24,819 nucleotides of DNA from a virus (lineage: Duplodnaviria; Caudoviricetes): IMG/VR virus record IMGVR_UViG_3300032272_000070, positions 1-24,819 of that record; one strand, given 5' to 3'. Positions 9,528-18,732 of the stretch are shown here, one piece after another. The stretch's first letter is position 1. Each line of letters opens with the position of its first letter. The position numbers and the translations under genes are program-made. Below the pieces are notes generated by a model that worked only from the letters and a program-made list of their open reading frames with translations, was not told where the DNA came from and searched no databases.

Positions 9528-10403
9528 CTACTTTTCTCCAGCCCTTCGGAGTTTTGCAACAGCGGCCTTGGTGGCCTCTAAAATAGTTTTTGGTTTACCC
9601 GCATCCAAATCAGGGGTTACGGGTGTTGATGGTGTCACTGGTGGGATTGCCGTTTTCCCATCGGTATAATCCTTGATAACACCGTCAGAAAACGCTTTTA
9701 ACTTCCCTTGCATCTCTTTAACCATCTTCCCGACATCACCTTTATTGCTAAAGTCGATAGACATCGTTGGGTGAGATGAACTAAGAATGCTCGTCAGTAA
9801 CTCCTTGTGCGACTCCGGTAAATCCGTGGCCGCTACCGATGTGGCGATATGAGAATCATAGTTTTCCAGAGCCTTCCTGTTCTCTTCAGCATTTTGGCTT
9901 GAAACTACTTGTTCCTCAAGTCTGGCTTTTTCATCGGCACGTTCTTTGTCAAGCCGGGCGATAGTCTCTTCCGGCTCTTCGCTTTCCCTGAGTTCGGCTT
10001 CCTTATCAATAGCCCACTGCTTCTCAAGGTCTTCGAGTTTACTAGCCTTTTCAAGAAGATCCTTGACATCTCTTCCGTCAAGAGCCGCCTTGAGATCTTT
10101 GTCGTTTTCGACAACCTTCGCAAAATCATCGACACTTAAGCCGGATTCTTTGAGTAGTGTCTTTAAACCTTCAAGATCCTCTCCTTCTTCTTTGGCGCTG
10201 GATTCTGGTTCACCTTCACTGCCTGCTTCAGGAGCTTTTGGCGTTCCGTCTTCATTGGTCCCTGTTTCGGAACCATCAGTACCAGGCTCAGGAGGTGAGC
10301 CCTCACCGGTATCCCCGGTGGTAGTTGTTTCTTCTGGAGCGGGATTGTTTACCGCATTATCCATTTCGGTAGCTGCTGTTAAATCTGCTTTAATTGTTCC
10401 CAT
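9528..10403 (-). CDS. Capsid scaffolding protein, 291 aa
   Basis: Acidic disordered N-terminus, coiled coil, Pro-rich linker and basic C-terminal helix; lies between portal and capsid. Confidence 0.8.
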   Translation of the reverse strand: MGTIKADLTAATEMDNAVNNPAPEETTTTGDTGEGSPPEPGTDGSETGTNEDGTPKAPEAGSEGEPESSAKEEGEDLEGLKTLLKESGLSVDDFAKVVENDKDLKAALDGRDVKDLLEKASKLEDLEKQWAIDKEAELRESEEPEETIARLDKERADEKARLEEQVVSSQNAEENRKALENYDSHIATSVAATDLPESHKELLTSILSSSHPTMSIDFSNKGDVGKMVKEMQGKLKAFSDGVIKDYTDGKTAIPPVTPSTPVTPDLDAGKPKTILEATKAAVAKLRRAGEK

Positions 10404-10476
10404 CTTGTCCCTCTTTTGGTTGGTAACACTTAAACGGCTACACCGTCAAAATATTACATTGTCACAACTACTTAGC

Positions 10477-10506
10477 ATGATAAGTTAAAGTCATACATCA
10501 TGTCAA
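10477..10506 (-). promoter_or_regulatory. Sigma70-type promoter for scaffold/capsid genes
   Basis: TTGACA (10501-10506), 18 nt, TATCAT (10477-10482) in an AT-rich gap. Confidence 0.6.
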
Positions 10507-10664
10507 TCTTTTTTAACCAACGAACAATCACAGTCACCATTACCACCGTTGGCCTTGGCCGTTGAGCATGTCCGGCAAACATCGAACTCATATTTGATGC
10601 CGAACACCTTGTCGTAATTTGGATGGCTTAATTTGTGGGTGCCTACATGAAGGTTCTCTCTCAT
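10503..10664 (-). CDS. 53-aa Cys-containing protein (not in ORF track)
   Basis: MRENLHVGTHKLSHPNYDKVFGIKYEFDVCRTCSTAKANGGNGDCDCSLVKKD; AAAGGA RBS; fills the gap exactly; CxxC...CxC. Confidence 0.65.
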   Translation of the reverse strand: MRENLHVGTHKLSHPNYDKVFGIKYEFDVCRTCSTAKANGGNGDCDCSLVKKD

Positions 10665-10677
10665 GAAACTGATCCTT

Positions 10678-11025
10678 TTATTTAACTGATTGAAGCAACT
10701 CTTTTAGTGTCCCTTTCTTCTCTGGTGCGGAGGGTTCGATAGCAAGCTTCTTTATCTGTAAAGAACATTCACGGGAAACAACCTTACCTTCTGCCTCATT
10801 CTCGTATTCGTTTTCACTAATGGAAGTAACTGTGGCCTGAGCAACTATGGCAACAGTATCTCCAGCAGACATCCCTGAAGTATCTATACCAAGTTTACCC
10901 AGTTCATCGTTGCCAAGGTTGATCCTTAAACCCCACGGATATTCATCACGCGAAGGTTCACAGCAAGCAATCTCCGGTGAATCATTGTGACTCTCAACCT
11001 TCCTTTTCATATCTCTTAGCTTCAT
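10678..11025 (-). CDS. Small head-associated protein (Gp10-like/'capsid staple' type), 115 aa
   Basis: Motif YPWGLRINL...L.KLGI...GD.V.I.A.A.V.S.S...LQI recalled from podoviral head modules; TAATG-coupled to portal. Confidence 0.5.
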   Translation of the reverse strand: MKLRDMKRKVESHNDSPEIACCEPSRDEYPWGLRINLGNDELGKLGIDTSGMSAGDTVAIVAQATVTSISENEYENEAEGKVVSRECSLQIKKLAIEPSAPEKKGTLKELLQSVK

Positions 11026-13091
11026 TATTCTGTACCTGGTTGTGGTTGTCCTTCTGTTAAGCCTTCAGCTGCGAGCATGACTTCCTGTTCCTGAGCTGCA
11101 AGCTGGGCAAGTTCTATCCTCTTCTGATGCACTGATGTATGGGCCAGAGCGATAACTTGGTCCTTCTCTTCAAGATCTTTGAACTGTGGAGAGATCAAGA
11201 ACTTTCGGTGAGCTTCAAAGTGTACTTCATGGTTATCAAACTCGAACAGCGGATCATTAATAGCTGGGACAATAACCGGCTCGCCTGTGTCTGGGTCAAG
11301 TAATGGCTCATCAGTATCAGGATCTACAGCGGCAATCTCAACATAGACCTTATCGGCTTCGCTATTTGACAGTAGAGTGTTCTCAGATTCAGCTCTTGCC
11401 ATGTCTGGAGATATCTTGTTGGAGAATCCAGTCAGGCCCATTAATCTTGTTATCTCTTCCCTGTTTTCTACAGTAACAACCTGTTCGTTGAATAACCCGG
11501 CAGTAATAAGCCCTGATATTGTGGAAACTTTACCCGCATTTGTGGATGAGAATCCGGTTGCGGGTTCGAGCCTTACATCTGTGTTGTCTCTAAGGTCTGC
11601 TCCTTTAAAGGTTTTAACGCCAATCTTACCGTCAGATCCAGATATCTTTAGAATCCTTTCCTCTGAGAATAGCTCACCAGCTATAACAAGGCGCTTTCTT
11701 GCAGATCTCTGGAAGGCTCTGAAAACCCTTGTGACATCTGGCTGATGACCGGCCTCAGCAGTTTCTCTGAGGATGTCGACCATAACACCAGAAGAACCGC
11801 TCGGAGCCTTGCCAGCAAGGACACCTTTAGGATCTCCACTTGAATCCTGGAATACTTCTCTCTGGATCTGTCTTTCATTAAGAACTTGAGCTGGCAACGC
11901 TGTGCCCCTTGTTATTGTCGGGGCCACACCGCCTGACGCTATCGGATCGTATTTAACGACCTTTATACTGTTTCCGTTCCTTGATACTGTTTTGAAGCTC
12001 ATACCAGTAGGACCGGTTACAGTAGGTTTTGCCACATCATCTCTGTTCTTAATAAGATCTTGATCGATTTTATTGATTGTGTTCTGTGGAGAGATTAAAG
12101 AACTTGTCCCAGCTTCTCCCCAGAATCCACCGGGGATAAGGTTATGTCTGATATCTTCAATGGTGTAAAACCATGACCCGTCTTTATCTACAGGGATTGG
12201 CATCCTAGGGACATCAAGAAGGGTTTTGCCGCCAGCCCTGATAATATAGCGACCTTCTGGATATTTAATCGTTGGAGCTATTTCAATTTCCCTGAACAGG
12301 GTCATATCTACATCGCTTTTAGCACCACTGGCTGTAAGGCCTGCTCCACGGAACATACTGTTAACATCGGAACCTTTCCATTCGGAGACATTACCAACTA
12401 TTTCCATTAAGCTTCGCTGGTAGTCGTGGCCATGCTGGGTGTCAGTTTTCTTCCCGCCGATCTTCATCTTAAAGGTATCTTCGATCCATTCAGTATCTTT
12501 AAGCCCCTGGATACCAACACTGGGCTTCTTTCTTAGAGTGTTACCTGGCGTGTCACCAACAAACACATTGAACGGCATAATTGCTTCGGTTGCTATATCG
12601 CCAGTTTTTAGCCCTGTCTGCCCGATCCATTTGCCCAGGCCCATGTTTGGATAGTCCCTGATAAACCCTGTACCTGTTAAGCTCATCCACAAGATAGCTG
12701 CTTCCTGCTCATCGATAATCACAGAGCCGTCCCTAGTGTCCATATCTTTAAGGACAAGGCCACCAAGCTCTGCTGCTTGCATATCGTCATGGTCGTTTGA
12801 GTTCGGCCACACGTTGTAAACCAGGTCCTTGTTCAGAATTAGGGCTTTAACTGACCGGTTGTAGTCTAGGATATAATTTGATACTGGTCGTGGATCTTGT
12901 TCCCCGCCATACTGCCACTTGGCTTCAAACCTTCTCTGCTCTTTTGACCATTCAATCCACTGCTCACCCATATAGTAGAGGATGTTTCTGTACCATATTC
13001 GTTCCCGTATCTCTCTGGAACCGGCTCCTGAATTAAATACATTGGCCTCTATCTGGATTATCGGCTTATCGTCTCTGTCTTTACCAAACAT
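11025..13091 (-). CDS. Portal protein, 688 aa
   Basis: 'WYRNILYYMGEQW', 'PVSNYI', 'D.QAAELG', 'LISPQNTINK' pattern of podoviral portals; lies between terL and scaffold. Confidence 0.88.
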   Translation of the reverse strand: MFGKDRDDKPIIQIEANVFNSGAGSREIRERIWYRNILYYMGEQWIEWSKEQRRFEAKWQYGGEQDPRPVSNYILDYNRSVKALILNKDLVYNVWPNSNDHDDMQAAELGGLVLKDMDTRDGSVIIDEQEAAILWMSLTGTGFIRDYPNMGLGKWIGQTGLKTGDIATEAIMPFNVFVGDTPGNTLRKKPSVGIQGLKDTEWIEDTFKMKIGGKKTDTQHGHDYQRSLMEIVGNVSEWKGSDVNSMFRGAGLTASGAKSDVDMTLFREIEIAPTIKYPEGRYIIRAGGKTLLDVPRMPIPVDKDGSWFYTIEDIRHNLIPGGFWGEAGTSSLISPQNTINKIDQDLIKNRDDVAKPTVTGPTGMSFKTVSRNGNSIKVVKYDPIASGGVAPTITRGTALPAQVLNERQIQREVFQDSSGDPKGVLAGKAPSGSSGVMVDILRETAEAGHQPDVTRVFRAFQRSARKRLVIAGELFSEERILKISGSDGKIGVKTFKGADLRDNTDVRLEPATGFSSTNAGKVSTISGLITAGLFNEQVVTVENREEITRLMGLTGFSNKISPDMARAESENTLLSNSEADKVYVEIAAVDPDTDEPLLDPDTGEPVIVPAINDPLFEFDNHEVHFEAHRKFLISPQFKDLEEKDQVIALAHTSVHQKRIELAQLAAQEQEVMLAAEGLTEGQPQPGTE

Positions 13092-13094
13092 ATT

Positions 13095-13346
13095 TTAAAC
13101 CTGGACCCTATCTTCCTTCATCGCTTTATCAAGAATATCCCTCTCTTCTTCTTCAGAGAGTTCTTTCCTGTTTAAGTCTAATGACGAAGCTGTGTATTCC
13201 GTTAAAGACCGGGCCATAAGCTTGTTGCTCATGTCTGATCTCTCTTTTATGTGCTGGTGTTCTGATATTAAATTCTTGATGACCATAACGAGTATCACGG
13301 CCAGTAAAACATAGTGTCCGATGTCGAGCTGGATAGCTGACGGCAT
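13095..13346 (-). CDS. Small protein with N-terminal transmembrane helix
   Basis: 'YVLLAVILVMVI' hydrophobic run; AAGGTG RBS before ATG 13346 (track start 13352). Confidence 0.7.
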   Translation of the reverse strand: MPSAIQLDIGHYVLLAVILVMVIKNLISEHQHIKERSDMSNKLMARSLTEYTASSLDLNRKELSEEEERDILDKAMKEDRVQV

Positions 13347-13390
13347 AAGCAATCACCTTAACTTTGTTGTGTAAAAGATTGTATTAACGA

Positions 13391-13419
13391 ACTTTACCAC
13401 ACCCATTATATTAAGGCAA
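13391..13419 (-). promoter_or_regulatory. Promoter restarting transcription of the portal operon
   Basis: TTGCCT, 17 nt, TAAAGT with TGn extension, just downstream of a terminator. Confidence 0.55.
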
Positions 13420-13423
13420 ACAT

Positions 13424-13464
13424 AAAAAAACCCCTGCCAGTTGTGGGGGGAGGCAGGGGTTTTA
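13424..13464 (-). terminator. Rho-independent, probably bidirectional terminator
   Basis: AAAAACCCCTGCC / GGCAGGGGTTTTT inverted repeat; T7 on the minus strand, T5 on the plus strand. Confidence 0.9.
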
Positions 13465-13490
13465 CTGTTGTGCTGTATTGCTTAAACAGG

Positions 13491-13811
13491 CTACGCGATG
13501 TCCGGTAAGTATTTAACACCAGGCGGATGGAAGACCGCGAGTGCCCATGATGGCTTGAAGCCTTTGTCGCAACCAAGGCAAGCCATAGAGACACCAGCAG
13601 GGACTAAAGAAGATCCTTTTTCATAGATAAACGGTTCAGTGCCAAGGACACCAGCCACCAGTCCTTTACCCGGCCATTCATCCATCACCATTATACCGAC
13701 CAGCATACTCGTTCCTCTCTCTGTGCCGCTATAAGCAGCAGCCGTACTGGCCATGCCGCCCAATAGCAAGAGAACCAGAGCCAGCACAAGTCCGACCATT
13801 TTTTTGATCAT
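13491..13811 (-). CDS. Small exported protein with Sec signal peptide (moron)
   Basis: MIKKMVGLVLALVLLLLGGMASTAAA|YSG...; GGAGG RBS at 13817-13821 favours ATG 13811; contains CLGC. Confidence 0.75.
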   Translation of the reverse strand: MIKKMVGLVLALVLLLLGGMASTAAAYSGTERGTSMLVGIMVMDEWPGKGLVAGVLGTEPFIYEKGSSLVPAGVSMACLGCDKGFKPSWALAVFHPPGVKYLPDIA

Positions 13812-13854
13812 CTTAACCTCCATTAGGTTTAATTAATAAAATACTGCTTTTACG

Positions 13855-13892
13855 GTTAAATTTAACTTTAACATACCTTCCAAAGTAGTCAA
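13855..13892 (-). promoter_or_regulatory. Promoter plus palindromic operator-like site for the exported-protein gene
   Basis: TTGACT (13887-13892), 16 nt, TAAAGT (13865-13870) with TGn extension; perfect palindrome GTTAAATTTAAC at 13855-13866. Confidence 0.55.
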
Positions 13893-15406
13893 GTTTTGAA
13901 TAACTCTTTATAATTACCAGCTCGTCCAATGCTCTTACTGTGGATAGGCTGTCTGACCTGAGCCCACGATGCTGTCTTAACAACCCGGTCAGAATCATGA
14001 GGGGAATAACACTGCTCTTCAACATCGAGGCCAATATGATCAAACAGCCGGTCAACGGTGCCAACGGTATCATTGACAATCTCTTCATACTTAACATCAA
14101 GGATCTCGATACCGATTGACTTCCAATGATCAACATAACCCTGGTATGCTTTCATCTTGGCTTTAATGTCTTTCAGGTTATAAGCGTAAGGGTGTGGGCT
14201 GGCAAAGTCTGTAGTCCATATACCAACGGCCAGATCATCCTCATCACGCTGCACATTGATAAACTTAGCGCCAGGAAACATAAGGGCTAGAGAGCCAACC
14301 ATTGCAAAGTTGGCTGGCATCTTGTCAGTGAAATAACCGTCCTTAACCCCAGCACAGTCGAGATACCCAAGAGAACAGTCGGTAAGAATGTTACTATTCA
14401 GCTCCGTAAGGCTGTCACAAATAAAGGTATTCTTACCGGCACACTCAAGCTCTCCCTTCCCTTCTATCTTGGAATGGCTGGAAAGTATCTGCTCGGTCAA
14501 GCTCGTCCCTGACCGTGGCATCCCAATAATAAATATGGGAGTAGTCTCTTTTATTGCAACAGACTTATCAAGGGCTTTACTGAAGTCTTCTTTGTTAAAG
14601 ATCTCCTTCATTCCGGCCAGTGTCTTTATTTCCCGATCACTATTGTATGTGTTCTTGTAAAGCTTATTTCCACCCTCAAACACCTTGTAAGCCTCTTCAT
14701 ACCGCTTAGATTCGTCAAGAATAGCCCCAAGCGAGAACAGAATAGTCTTTCTCAGGTTGTCGCTCATCTTAGACTTAAGGGCAATCCTCATCTTCTTTAT
14801 AGCCTCATTATGTCGCCCCGCCATCTTCATAATGGTGCCCCACTGGTGGGTAGATGAAAGCGGCGGAGTATTTACATTTGAGATTAGATCCATTGCCAGG
14901 TCTTTATTCCCCTGCCTTATTTCAATGAAGGCCAGATCACAAAAGGCCTTGTCACTCATCTCTTCGTCATCGAGAAGATCATAATAGATCATCCTCGCAC
15001 CCCTGATATTGCCGAGGTTTGCCAGTGCCCCCGCCTTTACTGCTCTCACGTTTGAGTTGTCTTGGTTAAACAGGTAAGCATTACAGGCGTTGACTGCCTT
15101 TGCCATTTGGCCCATGTCGGCATAGACATTAGCCAGTTCCTTGTTGAGTTTCCAGCATCCGGCCACACTAATACAGAATACCAAGGCGCTTTCCATCGAG
15201 TCCCAGTCCTTCATCATCACAAGGTCTTCAAGTATCTCTCGCTCGGTCATAAGTCCATCATGTAGGGCCTGTGATAGAATCCTGGCACCTAACCTGAATC
15301 GGTTATCCTTCGATACCATCTTTGCCAGGCGGCGCACATCTCGCTTGGTTGGGTTCTTCTGTATCTTCTTGACCAGTTTTAGCTCAGCTTTCTTTACGCT
15401 ATTCAT
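13889..15406 (-). CDS. TPR-repeat sulfotransferase family protein, 505 aa
   Basis: 5'-PSB loop PIFIIGMPRSGTSLTEQILSSH, FTDKMPANF, YEEIV, VKTASWAQVRQPIHSKSIGR; helical TPR-like N-terminal half. Confidence 0.9.
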   Translation of the reverse strand: MNSVKKAELKLVKKIQKNPTKRDVRRLAKMVSKDNRFRLGARILSQALHDGLMTEREILEDLVMMKDWDSMESALVFCISVAGCWKLNKELANVYADMGQMAKAVNACNAYLFNQDNSNVRAVKAGALANLGNIRGARMIYYDLLDDEEMSDKAFCDLAFIEIRQGNKDLAMDLISNVNTPPLSSTHQWGTIMKMAGRHNEAIKKMRIALKSKMSDNLRKTILFSLGAILDESKRYEEAYKVFEGGNKLYKNTYNSDREIKTLAGMKEIFNKEDFSKALDKSVAIKETTPIFIIGMPRSGTSLTEQILSSHSKIEGKGELECAGKNTFICDSLTELNSNILTDCSLGYLDCAGVKDGYFTDKMPANFAMVGSLALMFPGAKFINVQRDEDDLAVGIWTTDFASPHPYAYNLKDIKAKMKAYQGYVDHWKSIGIEILDVKYEEIVNDTVGTVDRLFDHIGLDVEEQCYSPHDSDRVVKTASWAQVRQPIHSKSIGRAGNYKELFKT

Positions 15407-15418
15407 TGTTGATCTCCT

Positions 15419-17173
15419 TTACAAATATTCCTCTCCATCATCTTCCCAGTCTTCTGAGTCTTCATTGCTGTACTTCTCCCTGACCATATCAAGGTGCCTG
15501 GCCGCTGATTCATCAACACCACCGCCGAGCTTCTTTATCTCTTCCTCTCGCAGTTTCCTGATATGCTCCTTAACCTTAGTCTGTTTGGCCGAGCCCTGGA
15601 ACATTAAACAGGCCTGAAGGGCAAGACCGGCACCAATAACATGATCGTCTTTCTTCCCTTCTTCGTGGCCGAGCTTGCCGTTTTCGTGCTTGATATAGGT
15701 TGAACACTCATCAATCAAGGTAGCGCACCTCACAACTCCCTCAGTATTCTTCAGGTAAGTCTTCAAATCACCTGACAGTTCAGCCTTAGAGTTGTTGGTT
15801 TCGTTCCAGCCATAAGACTTGGTTGCCTTGTTGGTGGTTGAGTCGGCCTTGATCACAACATACTGGCGCTGCCTGTCGATCTTCAGTTTCTTAACAGTTG
15901 TCTGCCCGGCCCCGGTCTTCTCAGCACATATAACAGCATTTTGACCGGCGTTATTATAATAGTTTGCAATCGCCTTGAGGACTACAGCCCATTCGTAAGC
16001 GTCTACCCTGTTGGATGAAACCTTAGCAACAAACTCATCTGTGAGCCTATCGAACACATAACCGGTTGAATAGGTGGCACCAAGCCCTTCAGATACATCA
16101 GAGCCAATGGCATAGCGTTCTTTCCACTGAATACCGTCCCAGTCTTCATGATCCTGGTAAGGTTTAACCCAGATCTCTACAATTCCACGTTCATCTTCTT
16201 CAAAGTAATACTTGTCGGTATCTTCATCCTTGAGGACAAACCCTTTGAGCCCGTCTTCTGTCTGGTCGTGACGGACAAGGCTCTTGCCAAAATAGCTACC
16301 CAACATGGCGCTGATTGCTTCGGCTTCGGTTGTTGGGTACATGAGGCTGATATCATCTTCATCCATACCCTCAAGCTTTTTCCTTTCGATAAATGTCCGT
16401 CCCTCGCTGTCAACCTCACGGCCTGGTACACATTCCCAGTTAAGAAATAGCCGTGCAAACTTATTAAGTCCTTTCATCGAGTCGGTGTATATCTTTCTCA
16501 CCCAAGCCCACCCTGGTTTATCTTTGTTTGGATTGCTGATAACGATTAACTGACCAGCTGCATGTTCAAGTGTTGGCTTCGATGCAGCATAGATTGATTT
16601 ACAGTAACGGTTTAAGGCCGCTTCATCCAACACCAACAAGGAAACTGTCTTTGATTGACCAGCTGAAGAGGTCGGCGCTAATCCCTTGATCGTGGAGTTG
16701 AGCCCCTTTATCTTAACCTCGCCTGTCTTGGGGTCGGTGGCTTCTTCACCAAAGCAAAGGTTCAATTCATTCCGCTTATAGACTTTCGGCTTCATCCAGA
16801 TAGGAAGGTTATCAAAAACAAACTTGACCCTCTCAACAAACTCCTTGGAGAAATCCTCGTTATCGCCGGAGATGATCAGGATCAACTCATTAAAGCTGAA
16901 CATTGCTTTCCATAACACATAGCAGACAACCAGCCATGTAATGCCAAGCTGCCGGGCCTTAAGACATATCAGTAACTTATGGATTAGCAGAAGAGGAAGA
17001 ACCTCACGCTGGCTCTCCCAGAGCTTGAATGGTATCGGCTCTTCGCTCTTCCGGTCCTGGATCGTGCAGAAGTTATCAACGAAATACTCAAAGCTGTTCG
17101 CGCACTTCTCGTATTCGTCTGCGTTCCGCTGGTGTTCTGCCTTCTGTTCTTCGGTGTAGGATGGGCTAGTCAT
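15419..17173 (-). CDS. terL: Terminase large subunit, 584 aa
   Basis: Walker A LKARQLGIT, Walker B LLVLDEAA, motif III ISNP, RNase H-like nuclease IGSDVSEG...DDHVIG. Confidence 0.95.
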   Translation of the reverse strand: MTSPSYTEEQKAEHQRNADEYEKCANSFEYFVDNFCTIQDRKSEEPIPFKLWESQREVLPLLLIHKLLICLKARQLGITWLVVCYVLWKAMFSFNELILIISGDNEDFSKEFVERVKFVFDNLPIWMKPKVYKRNELNLCFGEEATDPKTGEVKIKGLNSTIKGLAPTSSAGQSKTVSLLVLDEAALNRYCKSIYAASKPTLEHAAGQLIVISNPNKDKPGWAWVRKIYTDSMKGLNKFARLFLNWECVPGREVDSEGRTFIERKKLEGMDEDDISLMYPTTEAEAISAMLGSYFGKSLVRHDQTEDGLKGFVLKDEDTDKYYFEEDERGIVEIWVKPYQDHEDWDGIQWKERYAIGSDVSEGLGATYSTGYVFDRLTDEFVAKVSSNRVDAYEWAVVLKAIANYYNNAGQNAVICAEKTGAGQTTVKKLKIDRQRQYVVIKADSTTNKATKSYGWNETNNSKAELSGDLKTYLKNTEGVVRCATLIDECSTYIKHENGKLGHEEGKKDDHVIGAGLALQACLMFQGSAKQTKVKEHIRKLREEEIKKLGGGVDESAARHLDMVREKYSNEDSEDWEDDGEEYL

Positions 17174-17685
17174 TAACTTGATGCTTGATGGTTAGCGATC
17201 TTCTCGAAAATTTCATACATAAATGGGACATAGCTATCATCCAACATAATCCTATCCTTGTTTTTCTCGTAGTATGACTGAGCTGTATCTTTAAATTTAT
17301 AACCCATTGCAGTCCAATCAACCACCATGTGAACTACATCGAGATAATTATCCACAGACTCATGGTGATGATGGTTAGCTTTCTTGTGGTTCTCCCATGC
17401 TTTATCCATTCCGCTTTCCTCCCGATCTTTTTCAGATACAGGAAAGAATGAATTTCTATATTGCACAAACTCTTCCGGCGAAAACTTAGACAGGTCATGG
17501 CACTCAACCTCTGCCTTCAAGGTAAACCATGAGAAGTCATCGCCAACCCACGGCATACCTTCACATGCATGTGTCACCTCAATAAAAGCAACCCTTACAT
17601 TTTCAAGATGCTCTTCAAGATAATCAAGGTACTCTCTAGTCTTGTCAATATAGTCCTGCCCTTTCATTCTATTTATAAACGCCAT
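17173..17685 (-). CDS. DUF5662-like HD-type metal-binding protein
   Basis: H...V, HDLSKFSPEEF..Y, AW..H...N.HH, MVVDW.AM motifs; AAAGGAG RBS favours ATG 17685 (track start 17709). Confidence 0.75.
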   Translation of the reverse strand: MAFINRMKGQDYIDKTREYLDYLEEHLENVRVAFIEVTHACEGMPWVGDDFSWFTLKAEVECHDLSKFSPEEFVQYRNSFFPVSEKDREESGMDKAWENHKKANHHHHESVDNYLDVVHMVVDWTAMGYKFKDTAQSYYEKNKDRIMLDDSYVPFMYEIFEKIANHQASS

Positions 17686-17698
17686 TACCATTCTCCTT

Positions 17699-18013
17699 TC
17701 AACTCCCATTAAGATACGGATCTAAAGATATCGGTTTCTTGTTGTTCCGGTAATCGGTGCAGTGATGGCTCCCTTTCGTTTTATTGTGGTGCTGGCAAAG
17801 GGTCTGAAGGTTCCCTATTGAATCCTTCCCGCCTAATGATCGCGGAATAATGTGGTCAACGGTAAGGTTCTGCTTGGTATGACACATTAAACACTTGTAT
17901 CCGTCACGATGGATAACAGCCTGTTTAGTTCTGACTGTGATTCTTAGCGGCTCAACGCTTGGCATCTCGGCCAGGAGCCTTGATTGTTTCGGTCTTCGGT
18001 GTTTATTGCTCAT
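17699..18013 (-). CDS. HNH endonuclease, 104 aa
   Basis: RDGYKCLMC...LTVDHIIPRSLGGKD...NLQTLC..HN..KG. Confidence 0.92.
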   Translation of the reverse strand: MSNKHRRPKQSRLLAEMPSVEPLRITVRTKQAVIHRDGYKCLMCHTKQNLTVDHIIPRSLGGKDSIGNLQTLCQHHNKTKGSHHCTDYRNNKKPISLDPYLNGS

Positions 18014-18066
18014 CTTTATCTATGTCGCCATAATATAAAATATTATTGGAGTGGCTAAAGTCTTTG

Positions 18067-18732
18067 TTATATAGCAATGCTGTCCGATACTTCGTTGCCA
18101 TAAACCGCCCACCCTTCATCCGCCTCCCTGCAAAACATTTCCAGCCTGTTAGCGCCCGGGAACCAGTCTTTAATTAAGTTTCGTATTTCGTCAGGCTTCT
18201 TGCTGTGTTTACCTCTGGTGTAGTTGTAAACGCTGGCGGTTCTTTTGCCCTGTTCTGGTGGGCTTACTTTGCCACGCACACCCACAAGTAATATCTCATG
18301 CTGCCCACGGAACCAATACCCCATTCCTATCTTGCCCTTATCCCATACGGCTTGTGTTTTATAGGTAAATCCCCAAGCCTTCATTACCGCTAGTGCCTCC
18401 AGCAATTTCGGAGCCGTTGCCCACAGGTATAAAACACAATCCTTTGCGGCAGGTATCTCCATTGCACATATTTCGGCGCATGTCATTGTGGGGTACTGGT
18501 TTTCAATTTTGCGACTATTGCTCTTGCTAAAAGAGTATTTCCAAGGTGGGTCTGCATATATCACGTTATAAGGCATCGAGACAGCAGCTATATAACCAGT
18601 AAATTCATTTGAAACCAAGGGGCGGCGTTCGGTGGCTTCAGTTCTACATCTACCGCACCGTGTTTCTTCATCCGCTTCAGTGGTCATAAAAACAATTTGG
18701 CACTTTGAACAAATTCTGCTTACATCTTTCAC
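18067..18732 (-). CDS. MT-A70-family N6-adenine methyltransferase with N-terminal CxxC-CxxC extension
   Basis: VIYADPPW, YPTM, LYLWAT, HSKKP, LEMFCRE..GW..YGNE; GTG start with GGAGGG RBS. Confidence 0.9.
   Translation of the reverse strand: MKDVSRICSKCQIVFMTTEADEETRCGRCRTEATERRPLVSNEFTGYIAAVSMPYNVIYADPPWKYSFSKSNSRKIENQYPTMTCAEICAMEIPAAKDCVLYLWATAPKLLEALAVMKAWGFTYKTQAVWDKGKIGMGYWFRGQHEILLVGVRGKVSPPEQGKRTASVYNYTRGKHSKKPDEIRNLIKDWFPGANRLEMFCREADEGWAVYGNEVSDSIAI

Noticed and set aside
8268-10488. Long plus-strand ORFs (8268..9059, 9946..10488) and other plus-strand ORFs in the track
   Set aside because: Antisense to clear capsid, scaffold and other genes; no motifs or RBS.
13491-13811. CLGC as a c-type heme site
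   Set aside because: Followed by Asp, not His (no CxxCH).
17911-18072. Possible fourth attC (GATAAC-AGCCT-GTTTAG ... CTAAA-GTCTTT-GTTA) overlapping the HNH gene
   Set aside because: Only about 5 bp of arm pairing and no matching cassette-start box found; at best degenerate.
18563-18596. Internal GTTATAA near attC A suggesting a mini-cassette
   Set aside because: No attC arm upstream; it encodes the conserved YNV of the methylase; the 18066 box is the much better partner.
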